Assembly: GCA_024655945.1 (NCBI GenBank)
Contig: JANLFK010000007.1
Span: forward strand, 133,123 to 197,122
DNA length: 64,000 bases
Direction: 5' to 3'
Origin: Candidatus Zhuqueibacterota bacterium
GTDB lineage: Bacteria > Zhuqueibacterota > Zhuqueibacteria > JANLFK01 > Oleimicrobiaceae
The position numbers and the translations under genes are program-made. Position 1 is the first letter of the stretch, and every line of letters starts with the position of its first letter. Under the pieces are notes generated by a model that saw only the letters and a list, made by a program, of their open reading frames with translations, did no database searches and was not told where the DNA came from. This document shows positions 10,242-20,428 of the stretch, piece after piece.

Positions 10242-11180
10242 ATGACAAAGGCGCTGCGCATATTGCAGAAGATCCGGGAGGACCATGTGTCGGGCGCATC
10301 CGTGCTGGCAGCAAAAGCGGCCGCCTGTTTCCTGGCGTTCTTGGATGAGCGCCGACAGGTCCCTCCCGCGCGCGTGATGGAAGGGCTCATCGACCTTGGC
10401 TGCGCCCTGTTGGCCGCGCAGCCGGGGAACGGCCCCATCTTCAACCTCGTCAACTCGCTCCTCTTGCGTTTGAGCGGGGAGGTGAGCGAAGGGGAGGACT
10501 CCACCGAGCTTCTCCGGGTGGCCCGAGGCCATGTCAATTCCTGGCTACAGGTGTCACACGTGGCGTTGTGCGAGATTGCCGCGGCGGCAGGGGCCCTGAT
10601 CAAGGACGGGGACATCGTTCTCACGCACAGCTACAGCAGCTCGGTGCTTGCAGGTCTGAAACAGGCCAAGGCGGCGGACCGACGCTTCAAGGCCATCGTC
10701 ACCGAATCGCGTCCCCTGCTGGAGGGCAGGCTGCTGGCCAAGGAGCTGGCAGCCTTGGGTTTGCCGGTGACCCTGTTGGTGGATGCTGCTGCGCCCGCCT
10801 TGGTAGCCGACGTGAATCTTGTACTGGTCGGCGCCGACATGGTCACTGAGCACTTTATCGTCAACAAGATTGGAACGCGGGCAATTGCTGTGGCGGCACA
10901 ACAGGTGGAGGTGCCCGTGTTTGCGGTCAGCGAGCTGTCGAAATGCCTGCCGCGGGCGCACGCGGGGGGATTCCAAGCGGAGCGGCACCCGCGACAGGTG
11001 TGGGCGCGCGCGCCACGCAGGGTTGAGGTGCGCAATATCAACTTCGAGGCTGTGCCGCTCGAGCTGGTTACGGGGGTGGTCACTGAACAGGGGGTCATGC
11101 GGCCCGCCGACATGCGGCTCTATGTCGAAGAGGAGCTCGCCTCTGGGGGTATCGCCCCTTGTCTGGTGCAGGGGGAATAA
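10242..11180 (+). CDS. eIF-2B alpha/beta/delta-like family protein (ribose-1,5-bisphosphate / methylthioribose-1-phosphate isomerase-like)
   Basis: Motifs typical of the eIF2B_5 fold: VLTHSYSSSVL...GADMVTEHFIVNKIGT...AVAAQQVEVPVF. It is shorter (312 aa) than canonical MtnA. Confidence 0.55.
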   Translation: MTKALRILQKIREDHVSGASVLAAKAAACFLAFLDERRQVPPARVMEGLIDLGCALLAAQPGNGPIFNLVNSLLLRLSGEVSEGEDSTELLRVARGHVNSWLQVSHVALCEIAAAAGALIKDGDIVLTHSYSSSVLAGLKQAKAADRRFKAIVTESRPLLEGRLLAKELAALGLPVTLLVDAAAPALVADVNLVLVGADMVTEHFIVNKIGTRAIAVAAQQVEVPVFAVSELSKCLPRAHAGGFQAERHPRQVWARAPRRVEVRNINFEAVPLELVTGVVTEQGVMRPADMRLYVEEELASGGIAPCLVQGE

Positions 11181-11501
11181 CTCGCGCAGAGGCCCATGCC
11201 GATCCAGGGATATCGACCGTGCCTGCACAAGGCTGCTCTGGCGGGGCGGCAGGCGGCACAGGCCCCGAAAAGAATATTCACGGGCCGACCGGCTGCGGAG
11301 TCCAATGGAGGCATGCTTTCGTCGGCAACCAAGGCACTCCATCGGCAGCATGAATAAGGGAGCATGATGAGGAAGCCGGGGTGCTTGTTCACTCTTTGAG
11401 AAGCAAGTCTGCGCCGAGGTGGATTGGTTCGCGAGAACTGACCGGCGCTTTGCGGCCTCCGCAGACAGGCCGGACGAACGGGAAATCGTCGATGGCATAA
11501 G

Positions 11502-13052
11502 ATGAGTAGGAAGGAAAAAGAGAATCTGGGGGAGCGCAAGGCGAAGAGCAACAAGCAGCCCGCAGGCTCTCAGGGCAGGCGAGTGTCGCTTGGGACCTGG
11601 AAGGTCGACAGCGAGGCGATCTTCGAGAGCATCTCTGACGGCGTTTTCACGGTGGATTTGCAATGGCGCATCACCTCCTTCAATCGGGCCGCGGAGCAGA
11701 TCACCGGGGTGCCGCAGAGCGAAGCGCTTGGCCGTCTATGCTGGGAGGTGTTCCGCGCCAGCCTCTGCGAATCCGACTGCGCCCTGCGCCGCACCTTGGC
11801 GAGTGGCCAGCCGGTGGTCGGCCAAACCGCTTACATCGTCACCGCCCGAGGCGAGAGAATTCCCATCAGCGTTTCCACGGCCGTCTTGCCCGATGCTCAG
11901 GGCAAGGTGATCGGTGGTGCGGAAACCTTTCGCGACTTGAGCGAAGTCCAGGCCCTGCGCGAAGAGCTGGAGGGACGGGCCCGCGTTGGTGAGCTCTTCA
12001 GCCAGAGCCCGGAGATGCAGAAGATTTTCGCTGTGCTCCCGGCTATTGCCGCAAGCCCCTGCACGGTTCTCATCACAGGCGAGAGCGGGACGGGGAAGGA
12101 GCAGTTGGCGCGTGCCATCCATGCCTTGAGCCCAAGAGCAAAGGGACCCTTTGTGGCGGTCAACTGTGGCGCTTTGCCGGAGACACTCTTAGAGTCGGAG
12201 CTGTTCGGCTACACAGCGGGCGCTTTCACAGGCGCCACCAAGGACAAACCCGGCCGTTTCGCCTTGGCAAAGGGCGGCACGCTCTTCTTGGACGAGATAG
12301 GCGACATGACGCCTGCCCTTCAGGTGCGGCTTCTGCGGGTGCTGCAGGAGCGAACCTACGAACCGCTGGGCGCCGTGCGAAGCGAACAGGCCGATGTGCG
12401 TATCATCGCGGCCAGCAACAAGGATCTGGCGGCGCTGGTGAAAGTGGGGAGCTTCCGCGAGGACCTGTATTATCGCATCAACGTCGTGCGGCTGGACCTG
12501 CCGCCTCTGCGCAGGCGCAGGCAGGACATACCGCTGCTCATTGAGCAGATGATCGAGCGGTTCAACCGCTTGCACCACAAGTCGATCCGTGGAGTGAGCA
12601 GCGATGCGCTCTCCCTGCTCATGGCCTACGACTGGCCTGGGAATATCCGCGAGCTGGAAAATGCCATTGAGCACGCCTTCATTCTCTCTCAGGGGGAGCT
12701 GATAGAAATGGTGCACTTGCCTCCGGAGCTTACCGGTGCCTCGCACCCCTTCCGGCCGCAGGGCGAGGGTCGTCGCCCCGTCAGCGACGCGCAAAGAGCC
12801 AAGGCCCTCGTGGAGGCGCAAGCAATCCAACGTGCGCTGGAGCGCCACGGTTATAATCGCGTGGCTGCCGCTCGCGAGCTGGGGATGCACAAGAGCACCC
12901 TTTTCCGCAAGATCAAACGCCTGGGTCTGGTGTTGCCGGAAAAAGGCGGGCGCTCGCGCCGCTCAGTGGCAGTCGTGCGCCTCTGTTTGCTCGGGAGAGT
13001 CGCACCGGTGCGCCTCGTTTGGCTGCCTGGAGATGTCTCATGTCTCATCTAA
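11502..13052 (+). CDS. sigma-54-dependent Fis-family transcriptional activator with N-terminal PAS domain
   Basis: PAS region FESISDGVFTVDLQWRITSFNRAAEQITG. AAA+ sigma-54 interaction domain: Walker A GESGTGKE, GAFTGA loop, FLDEIGDM Walker B, ESELFG, R-finger. C-terminal Fis-type HTH. Confidence 0.9.
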   Translation: MSRKEKENLGERKAKSNKQPAGSQGRRVSLGTWKVDSEAIFESISDGVFTVDLQWRITSFNRAAEQITGVPQSEALGRLCWEVFRASLCESDCALRRTLASGQPVVGQTAYIVTARGERIPISVSTAVLPDAQGKVIGGAETFRDLSEVQALREELEGRARVGELFSQSPEMQKIFAVLPAIAASPCTVLITGESGTGKEQLARAIHALSPRAKGPFVAVNCGALPETLLESELFGYTAGAFTGATKDKPGRFALAKGGTLFLDEIGDMTPALQVRLLRVLQERTYEPLGAVRSEQADVRIIAASNKDLAALVKVGSFREDLYYRINVVRLDLPPLRRRRQDIPLLIEQMIERFNRLHHKSIRGVSSDALSLLMAYDWPGNIRELENAIEHAFILSQGELIEMVHLPPELTGASHPFRPQGEGRRPVSDAQRAKALVEAQAIQRALERHGYNRVAAARELGMHKSTLFRKIKRLGLVLPEKGGRSRRSVAVVRLCLLGRVAPVRLVWLPGDVSCLI

Positions 13053-13101
13053 CTGCTTGTCATGTGGGGGGTTGGAATGCTGCACCTCGTGGGATCGCAC
13101 A

Positions 13102-13117
13102 TGGCACGCCTGTTGCA
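13102..13117 (+). promoter_or_regulatory. sigma-54 -24/-12 promoter (TGGCAC-N5-TTGCA)
   Basis: TGGCACgcctgTTGCA is a near-perfect consensus. It lies 50 nt after the EBP gene stop and ~43 nt upstream of the GTG start at 13160, which has a GAGGGAG SD. Confidence 0.6.
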
Positions 13118-13159
13118 AAAGCAACGGACGGCGGTAACGGTCTAACGTGAGGGAGTCGC

Positions 13160-13627
13160 GTGCGGGTGGCCTTTTCGGTGTGGGGAGAGTACATCTCTCC
13201 GGTGTTCGATGTCGCGCGCGAGCGGCGTGTCCAGGTGCTGGTTTGTGGAGCCATCTCGCGATGGCTTCATGCAGCCTTGCGCAGCAGTGGCGTTCGCGTT
13301 ATCCCGTTCGTCGCTGGCAAGGTGGCCGATGTTGAAGCGGCTTTCCTCACGGGCGCACTTGGCCGGCCAGAATTTGTCATGCCAGGGTGCTGTCACCGCC
13401 ATGGGAGCTTTTCTTTCGGCCGAAAGGAGCGTGCCATGCGTGCAAGACAAGGAAGAGGTGGAGGTCAAGGCAGGGGGCAAGGCCCGGGACCATGCGGCGG
13501 CTTTGGCGGGCCAGGCGGCTTCAGCATCTGCCCGCAATGTGGTCACCGCGAGCCCCACGAACGGGGCGTCCCTTGTCAACAGAGGGTCTGCCCCCAGTGC
13601 GGAACTCCCCTCGTGCGAGAACAGTAG
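13160..13627 (+). CDS. NifX/NifB-like (dinitrogenase FeMo-cofactor-binding family) domain protein with G-rich linker and C-terminal CPxCG...CPxCG zinc ribbon
   Basis: The N-terminal ~90 aa match PF02579-type proteins (VWGEYISPVFD...VLVCGAISR...VIPFVAG). The tail GRGGGQGRGQGPGPCGG...CPQCGHREPHERGVPCQQRVCPQCGTPL is a zinc ribbon. An internal ATG at 13433, preceded by AAAGGAG, could alternatively start a separate 64-aa Zn-ribbon protein in the same frame. Confidence 0.55.
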   Translation: MRVAFSVWGEYISPVFDVARERRVQVLVCGAISRWLHAALRSSGVRVIPFVAGKVADVEAAFLTGALGRPEFVMPGCCHRHGSFSFGRKERAMRARQGRGGGQGRGQGPGPCGGFGGPGGFSICPQCGHREPHERGVPCQQRVCPQCGTPLVREQ

Positions 13628-13643
13628 CAAGACGGAGGACGTT

Positions 13644-13979
13644 ATGCCACGAGGTGATCGGACAGGTCGCATGGGCATGGGGCCCATGACCGGACGAGCG
13701 GCCGGTTACTGTGCTGGATTCCCCACGCCTGGGTATGCGAACCCCTTGGGACGGTGGGCATGGTGGGGAGGTGGCCGCGGCTGGCGGCACTGTTTCTACG
13801 CCACCGGTCTCCCTGGGTGGCTCCGCTTCGGGCGATGGTTCTGGGGCATGCCGGTATCCGCCCCGGAACCGGAAGTGGAGAAACAGGCGTTGAAAGCCCA
13901 GGCGGACTGGCTGGAAAAGGAGCTGCAGGCTATAATAAAGAGACTCGAGGAGTTGGAGGCCTCCGGCGAACAGCAGTAA
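13644..13979 (+). CDS. DUF5320-like small protein (G/P/M-rich N-terminus, coiled-coil C-terminus)
   Basis: MPRGDRTGRMGMGPMTGRAAGYCAGFPTPGYANP...EKQALKAQADWLEKELQAIIKRLEELEA. A GGAGGA SD sits 5 nt upstream. The track's longer ORF from 13209 is a spurious upstream extension. Confidence 0.55.
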   Translation: MPRGDRTGRMGMGPMTGRAAGYCAGFPTPGYANPLGRWAWWGGGRGWRHCFYATGLPGWLRFGRWFWGMPVSAPEPEVEKQALKAQADWLEKELQAIIKRLEELEASGEQQ

Positions 13980-14139
13980 CTTGGCTGCAAGAGGCGACAC
14001 CCCGTCCCGCGCCGAGGGGCGGAAGTAATCCTGTCGCAAGGCAGTCACTCACCACCTCCCCAAAATGGCAACTGGCGAGGGGGGACTCGTGCCGTCTGCC
14101 TGCGTGGCCCTATTGATGTGGAAAGGAGCACCGAAGAGC

Positions 14140-15126
14140 GTGCCGAACGATTCCACAAGTACAGAGCCGAGGACCGTGTCCATACAGGTCGAGGACTTAC
14201 GCAAGGCCTTCGGCGAGGTGCGCGCATTGGACGGGGTGTCCTTCACCGTCTATCAGGGCGAGCTGTTCGGCTACCAGAGCCCCAACGGAGCGGGCAAGAC
14301 GACGACCATCAACCTGCTCACGGGTCTGGCCAGGCCGGACAGCGGTTCCATCCGCATCGCCGGCATCGACTGTGCCGCTGACCCCAAGGCTGCCCAGCAC
14401 TTGATCGGCGTGGTTCCGGACGAGAGCAATCTCTACCCGGAGCTCACGGGCTTTGAGAACCTTTGTTTCTGCGCGGCGCTTTAGGGCGTGAGGAAGGCGG
14501 AGTGCGAGGCGCGAGCAGAGGCGCTGTTGGACAGCTTTGGCCTTGCAGAGGCAGCGCACCGTCGGTTCGCCGGCTACTCCAAGGGCATGAAGCGCAAGCT
14601 GACCATTGCCGCTGCCCTCATTCACCGGCTCCCTCTGCTTTTCCTCGACGAGCCGACCACCGGCATCGACGTGGCCAGCGCCAGGCACATCCGGCAACTG
14701 ATTGCCAAACTGCACGAGGAAGGCACGACCGTCTTCCTGACCACCCACTACATCGAAGAGGCGGAGCGGCTCTGCCAACGCATAGCGCTCATTGTCGCCG
14801 GCCGCATCGTGCGTATCGACACCGTGGAGGCTTTGCGGCAGGACTCCCAGCAGCCGTACGTGGTGCACCTGGTTCTTGGCAACGCGGTGCCGGGCCTGCT
14901 GGAAAAGCTCGCCGCCGCCTTCCCGAACTTGGTCTTCTATGACCGGCAGCCGGACGTGATCCGGGTCGAGTCGCCGCTGCCGGTGCGCTGTCTGGAAGAG
15001 ACTGGAGCCGAGGTCAGAGAGGCAAAAATGGTGGTCCCTTCACTGGAAGAGGCGCTTGTGCGCATCACCGGCATCGAAGCGGAGGCCATGCGCCGCGATG
15101 CCGAGAAGAAAGGGGGCGAAGGATGA
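14140..15126 (+). pseudogene. ABC transporter ATP-binding protein interrupted by an in-frame TAG at 14482-14484, with an atypical Walker A
   Basis: Two same-frame ORFs (14065-14484 and 14488-15126) together encode a complete ABC ATPase (Q-loop, signature YSKGMKRKL, Walker B LLFLDEPTTGID, H-loop). The stop replaces a position normally occupied by Tyr (LENLCFCAAL*GVRKAE versus the usual ...Y.. pattern). Walker A reads YQSPNGAGKT rather than G..GPNGAGKT. Confidence 0.7.
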
Positions 15127-15860
15127 GCCACTGGATAGCCTTCTGGAACATCCTGCGCAAGGACATGCGCACCTACTACCTCAAGCCTCCGAACATAAGC
15201 TGGGGGCTGATCTTCCCCCTGGCGTGGGCGGCGATGTTTTTCATCAAATCGGGGAGGGGAATGCAGGATGTGTTGTCGGTGCTCCCCGGTGTGGTGGCCG
15301 TTTCGATCCTCTTTGGGACCACCTCCATGCTGGCCGTTACCGTCACCTTCGAGAAGAGGAATCGTTCCTTTGAGCGCCTCCTCCTCGCGCCTATCCCTTT
15401 GGAGTTGCTCATGTTGGCCAAGACCAGCGGCACCATTATCTTCGGGGTCCTCAACGCGTTCGTGCCGGTTGCTATGGCGGCATTCGTTGCCGATGTGGCA
15501 AACATCGCCTGGGAGATGTTTGTCCCTGCCGTGCTCTTGATCGCCGTGGTCTCTACGCTGTTTGGGCTGTTCATCCCGGTGAGCGTGAGCGAGGTGTTCG
15601 AGGCTCAGACCTTTTCCAACTTTTTCCGCTTTCCGATGATTTTCCTCTGCGGGCTGTTTTTCCCCGTGGCGAAGCTTCCGATTGTGCTGCGGCCCGTTGC
15701 CTACCTCCTGCCGCTCACCTATGGGGCCGATATCCTGCACGGGGCAATTGGAGGTGCGAACGCTTATCCGGTGTTGTTCGACTTTGCGCTGCTCATGGGC
15801 TTCTGTGCAGGGCTGTTCGCCCTCACGCTGGCGAATGTCCGACGGCGATGGATTGCTTGA
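15123..15860 (+). CDS. ABC-2 family transporter permease
   Basis: 245 aa with six predicted TM helices and ABC-2 type motifs. ATGA overlap with the upstream ABC ATPase. Confidence 0.8.
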   Translation: MSHWIAFWNILRKDMRTYYLKPPNISWGLIFPLAWAAMFFIKSGRGMQDVLSVLPGVVAVSILFGTTSMLAVTVTFEKRNRSFERLLLAPIPLELLMLAKTSGTIIFGVLNAFVPVAMAAFVADVANIAWEMFVPAVLLIAVVSTLFGLFIPVSVSEVFEAQTFSNFFRFPMIFLCGLFFPVAKLPIVLRPVAYLLPLTYGADILHGAIGGANAYPVLFDFALLMGFCAGLFALTLANVRRRWIA

Positions 15861-15872
15861 GCGCTTGACCCT

Positions 15873-16769
15873 GTGGCTTCGCGGCAAAAGTGCCCGAAGA
15901 GGTGTTTGGAGATGGAGCAGAACGAACGGGTGTTGGCTTATCAGCGGAACGAGCTCACCGAGCATGAGGTTTACAAGCGCTTAGCGCGAGGGGCCTCTCC
16001 GGAGAATCGGGATGTGCTCGCCTCCATCGCCGCAGATGAGCTCCGCCACTACCGGGAGTGGCGAAAGCTCAGCGGCCAGGACGTCAAGCCGCGCTGGCTG
16101 CAGGTGGCCCTGTTCGTGCTCATCGGCCGCCTGCTCGGTCTGACCTTTGCCCTGAAGTTGATGGAGAAAGGGGAGCGACTGGCGCAGGTTGAATATGGCA
16201 AGACCTCGCAGGAGCTGAGCGCAGCGGAGGCCCTTGGCCGCGAGGAAGAGGCACATGAGGCCACATTGCTGGCACTTCTCAACGAGAAGCACCTCCACTA
16301 CGTGGGAGCTATTGTCCTCGGTTTGAACGACGCGCTGGTAGAACTGACCGGCGGCCTTGCGGGTCTGACGCTGGCTTTGCAGCGCACGCGACTGGTGGCG
16401 CTCTCCGGCACTGTGGTGGGTCTGGCGGCGGCCATGTCCATGGCGGCGTCGGTCTATCTTTCCGCCAAGGCAGAAGCGGGTGACAAGGAGCCGGCGCACT
16501 CTGCGGCCTACACCGGCATCGCCTACGTGATGACTGTTGCCGTGCTCGTCATGCCCTTTTTCTTGCTGGAGAAGGCTCTTGTGGCCCTTGGTCTGGCCTT
16601 GGCAGCGTCCATCCTCATCGTGGCGAGCTTCACCTTCTACACCGCGGTGGCGCTGGACAGGCCCTTTGGCCGGCAGTTTGTGGAAATGGCCGCCATCAGC
16701 TTGGGCGTTGCTGCGGCCAGCTTTGCCGTGGGCTATGTTGCCCGTGCCCTGCTCGGCGTGGAGGTGTGA
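15873..16769 (+). CDS. VIT-family protein: ferritin/rubrerythrin-like N-domain fused to a VIT1/CCC1 Fe/Mn transporter domain
   Basis: N-terminal ER motif region EHEVYKRLA...ADELRHYREW...EEEAHEA, then five TM helices typical of PF01988. Start may be GTG 15873 or ATG 15912. Confidence 0.7.
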   Translation: MASRQKCPKRCLEMEQNERVLAYQRNELTEHEVYKRLARGASPENRDVLASIAADELRHYREWRKLSGQDVKPRWLQVALFVLIGRLLGLTFALKLMEKGERLAQVEYGKTSQELSAAEALGREEEAHEATLLALLNEKHLHYVGAIVLGLNDALVELTGGLAGLTLALQRTRLVALSGTVVGLAAAMSMAASVYLSAKAEAGDKEPAHSAAYTGIAYVMTVAVLVMPFFLLEKALVALGLALAASILIVASFTFYTAVALDRPFGRQFVEMAAISLGVAAASFAVGYVARALLGVEV

Positions 16770-16846
16770 ACCGGAAAGCAGCGTTGCCGGCCCCGGGTTC
16801 GAAGAGTCGCCAGCTGTGCGACAAGAAGAGGAGCGAAGGAAACAAG

Positions 16847-17752
16847 ATGACTGGATCGCAAGAGGATGCACACGATCTCTCCGCCCAAGAGGCGATGGAA
16901 AGCTTGGAACTGGCCAAGCGCCTGGCGCAGATCGGCTACAAGATTCTGGTGCTCTCCGGAAAGGGAGGCGTAGGGAAAAGCACGGTCGCTGCTAACCTGG
17001 CCGTGGCTCTGGCAGCCATGGGCAGGCGCGTGGGCCTCCTGGACGTCGACTTTCACGGCCCCAGCATCCCCAAGCTGATGGGCTTGGCGCAGCGCAGCGT
17101 GGCCATCGAGCAGGGGTCGATATTGCCGGTGGACTGCGGCCCCCACCTCAAGGTGATGTCCTTGGGCCTGCTGCTGCACAGCGAAGAGGATGCCGTCATC
17201 TGGCGGGGCCCCTTGAAAATGGGGGTGATCAAGCAACTGCTCAAGGACGTGCAATGGGGCCGCCTGGACTACCTGATCGCGGACAGCCCTCCTGGTACAG
17301 GCGATGAGCCGCTTTCGGTGGCGCAGCTCCTTACGCCGCCGGCAAGCGCCATCGTGGTGACCCAGCCTCAGCAGCTTTCCACTGCAGACGTGCGGCGCTC
17401 CATCCGTTTCTGCCAGCGGGTGGGTCTCCCTGTTTTGGGCGTGATTGAGAACATGAGCGGTTTTGCCTGCCCGCACTGCGGCACCCGAGTGGAGGTGTTC
17501 GGCAGCGGTGGGGGCGAACAACTGGCGCTGCAGGTGGACGTGCCGTTCCTCGGTCGCATTCCGCTGGACCCAAAGGTGGCGGAGTCTGGCGACCAAGGGA
17601 AGCCCTTTGTCGCCTACCTGCAGCAGTCGCCGATCGCGCAGGAGTTCCAGGCCATCGTGGAAAAGGTCCTCGCCGCCACCGAGAAAGAGGCAAGAGCCGA
17701 AGAGCCGGAAACCGACCCCGCCCAGACACCAGAGGCCCCTTCGAGCATCTGA
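16847..17752 (+). CDS. apbC: Mrp/NBP35 (ApbC) family Fe-S cluster carrier ATPase
   Basis: ILVLSGKGGVGKSTVAANLA deviant Walker A, DxDxHGPSIP, CPHCG C-terminal motif. A GAAGGA SD sits 7 nt before the ATG at 16847 (the track alternative GTG 16766 overlaps the upstream stop). Confidence 0.85.
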   Translation: MTGSQEDAHDLSAQEAMESLELAKRLAQIGYKILVLSGKGGVGKSTVAANLAVALAAMGRRVGLLDVDFHGPSIPKLMGLAQRSVAIEQGSILPVDCGPHLKVMSLGLLLHSEEDAVIWRGPLKMGVIKQLLKDVQWGRLDYLIADSPPGTGDEPLSVAQLLTPPASAIVVTQPQQLSTADVRRSIRFCQRVGLPVLGVIENMSGFACPHCGTRVEVFGSGGGEQLALQVDVPFLGRIPLDPKVAESGDQGKPFVAYLQQSPIAQEFQAIVEKVLAATEKEARAEEPETDPAQTPEAPSSI

Positions 17753-17904
17753 GCTCCCGCTGCCTTCAGGCTCATCTCCACGAGCCTTCTCCCCGAAACG
17801 CCGCAGGTGCCGAGGAGCCTCAGTTCCTCGTGGCTTGGCACACGCCTTCTCTTTGCACGGGCGCAGCGTAAAGAAGCAGCCCGAGAAGCGCTTTCCTTTT
17901 CGCC

Positions 17905-17945
17905 AAAAACACCTTGTTTGCGCACTTCGTTTTTAGTAAATTTAC
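17905..17945 (+). promoter_or_regulatory. possible sigma-70-like promoter of the ffh operon
   Basis: TTGTTT-16nt-GTAAAT lies in an AT-richer stretch ~25 nt upstream of the ffh ATG. ffh lacks an obvious SD. Confidence 0.25.
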
Positions 17946-17965
17946 CGGCCGTTCTGGGCACAACC

Positions 17966-19282
<1,317 letters not shown>

Positions 19283-19321
19283 GGCTCGTCCGTTGCCGTC
19301 ATGGAAGCAAGGAGGATTGAT

Positions 19322-19798
19322 TTGGCAGTACGACTACGCTTAGCGCGCGCCGGCAAGAAAAAGCAACCGTTCTATCGCATCGTGGCCGTGGATTCCCGCA
19401 AGGCGCGCGACGGAATGTGGTTGGAAAGGCTCGGCTACTACAATCCCTTGACCTCACCCCCGCTGGTGGAGCTGAATGAGGAGCGCGTCAACTATTGGCT
19501 GGACTGCGGGGCACAACCATCGGACACGGTACGCAGCCTGCTCGGCCGCAAAGGCATCCTCCTGCGCCGCGACCTGGTCAAGAAGGGTCTTGAGCCGGCG
19601 CGCATCGAGGAGGAGGTGAAAAAGTGGGAAGTGCTGCAGATCGAGCGGCACCGCCGCATAGAGGCTAAGGAGGCGGAAAAGCGCGCAGCAGCAGCGGCGG
19701 AGGGAGAAAAAGCCGAGCCAGAGGCCGAGCCGGAACCAGAAGCGCCTGCAGAGGCAGCACCGGCTGAAGGTGCCGAAGAGCCGGCCCCCGAAGCGTAG
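19322..19798 (+). CDS. rpsP: 30S ribosomal protein S16 with a ~75-aa charged low-complexity C-terminal extension
   Basis: A TTG start preceded by AAGGAGG (6-nt spacer) gives the canonical (M)AVRLRLARAGKKKQPFYRIV N-terminus. An A/E/K/P-rich tail (AEKRAAAAAEGEKAEPEAEPEPEAPAEAAPAEGAEEPAPEA) follows the S16 core. Confidence 0.85.
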   Translation: MAVRLRLARAGKKKQPFYRIVAVDSRKARDGMWLERLGYYNPLTSPPLVELNEERVNYWLDCGAQPSDTVRSLLGRKGILLRRDLVKKGLEPARIEEEVKKWEVLQIERHRRIEAKEAEKRAAAAAEGEKAEPEAEPEPEAPAEAAPAEGAEEPAPEA

Positions 19799-19863
19799 CC
19801 GCACGCAAAACGCCAGGCGGCACACGGCTGACCAGCCGTGACTGTCCTGGCCGGGAGGCAGAG

Positions 19864-20427
19864 ATGCAGAGGTCAGGGCAAGAGCGTGAAGAACCGTCTG
19901 GCGCGCGCGAGCCTCGTTTCGTGGTGATTGGCACGGTCGCGCGGGCCCACGGCGTGCGCGGCGAGCTGCTGGTCACGCCACACACCGATGACCCGCGCAG
20001 ATTTGCCGTCCTGCGCGAAGCCTATCTGCAGCGCGAAGATGGCCGGCGCTCGCGCGTCACGGTGCTCGGGGCAAGGGTGAGCACCAAAGGGGTGCTCTTG
20101 CGCCTGGCCGAGGTGGGCGACCGCACCGCCGCAGAGGCTCTCGTGGGCGCCGACATCGTCATCAGCCGTGAGCAGTGTCTGACGCTGCCGCCCGATAGCT
20201 ACTACATCTTCGACTTGCTGGGCATGGCAGTGCGCACCACGGCGGGGCGCCTGCTGGGCACGCTCGAGGAGGTGGTTGACTTGCCGGCCAACGATGTGTG
20301 GGTGGTGCGCGATGCCGAGCGCGAATACCTGATTCCGGCCATCAAGGAGGTCGTCAAGAAGGTCGACTGCGAGCAACGGGTGGTCATCATCGAGCCCATC
20401 GCCGGGCTGATTGATGAGGAGCCGTAG
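19864..20427 (+). CDS. rimM: ribosome maturation factor RimM
   Basis: [16 protein letters not shown]...PRG-barrel layout. GGGAGG SD. Conserved rpsP-rimM-trmD-rplS synteny. Confidence 0.85.
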   Translation: MQRSGQEREEPSGAREPRFVVIGTVARAHGVRGELLVTPHTDDPRRFAVLREAYLQREDGRRSRVTVLGARVSTKGVLLRLAEVGDRTAAEALVGADIVISREQCLTLPPDSYYIFDLLGMAVRTTAGRLLGTLEEVVDLPANDVWVVRDAEREYLIPAIKEVVKKVDCEQRVVIIEPIAGLIDEEP

Positions 20428-20428
20428 G

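Noticed and set aside
13433-13627. Annotating the Zn-ribbon region as a separate 64-aa gene.
   Set aside because: It is in the same frame as the NifX-like domain with no intervening stop, so a fusion is the parsimonious call. The strong internal SD before the ATG is noted as an alternative.
14482-14484. TAG read as a sense codon (genetic-code reassignment) to explain the split ABC ATPase.
   Set aside because: TAG terminates rimM (20425-20427), so it is a functional stop in this genome.
17825-17850. TGGCAC...TTGCA upstream of ffh as a sigma-54 promoter.
   Set aside because: Spacing is N11 rather than N5 between the -24 and -12 elements.
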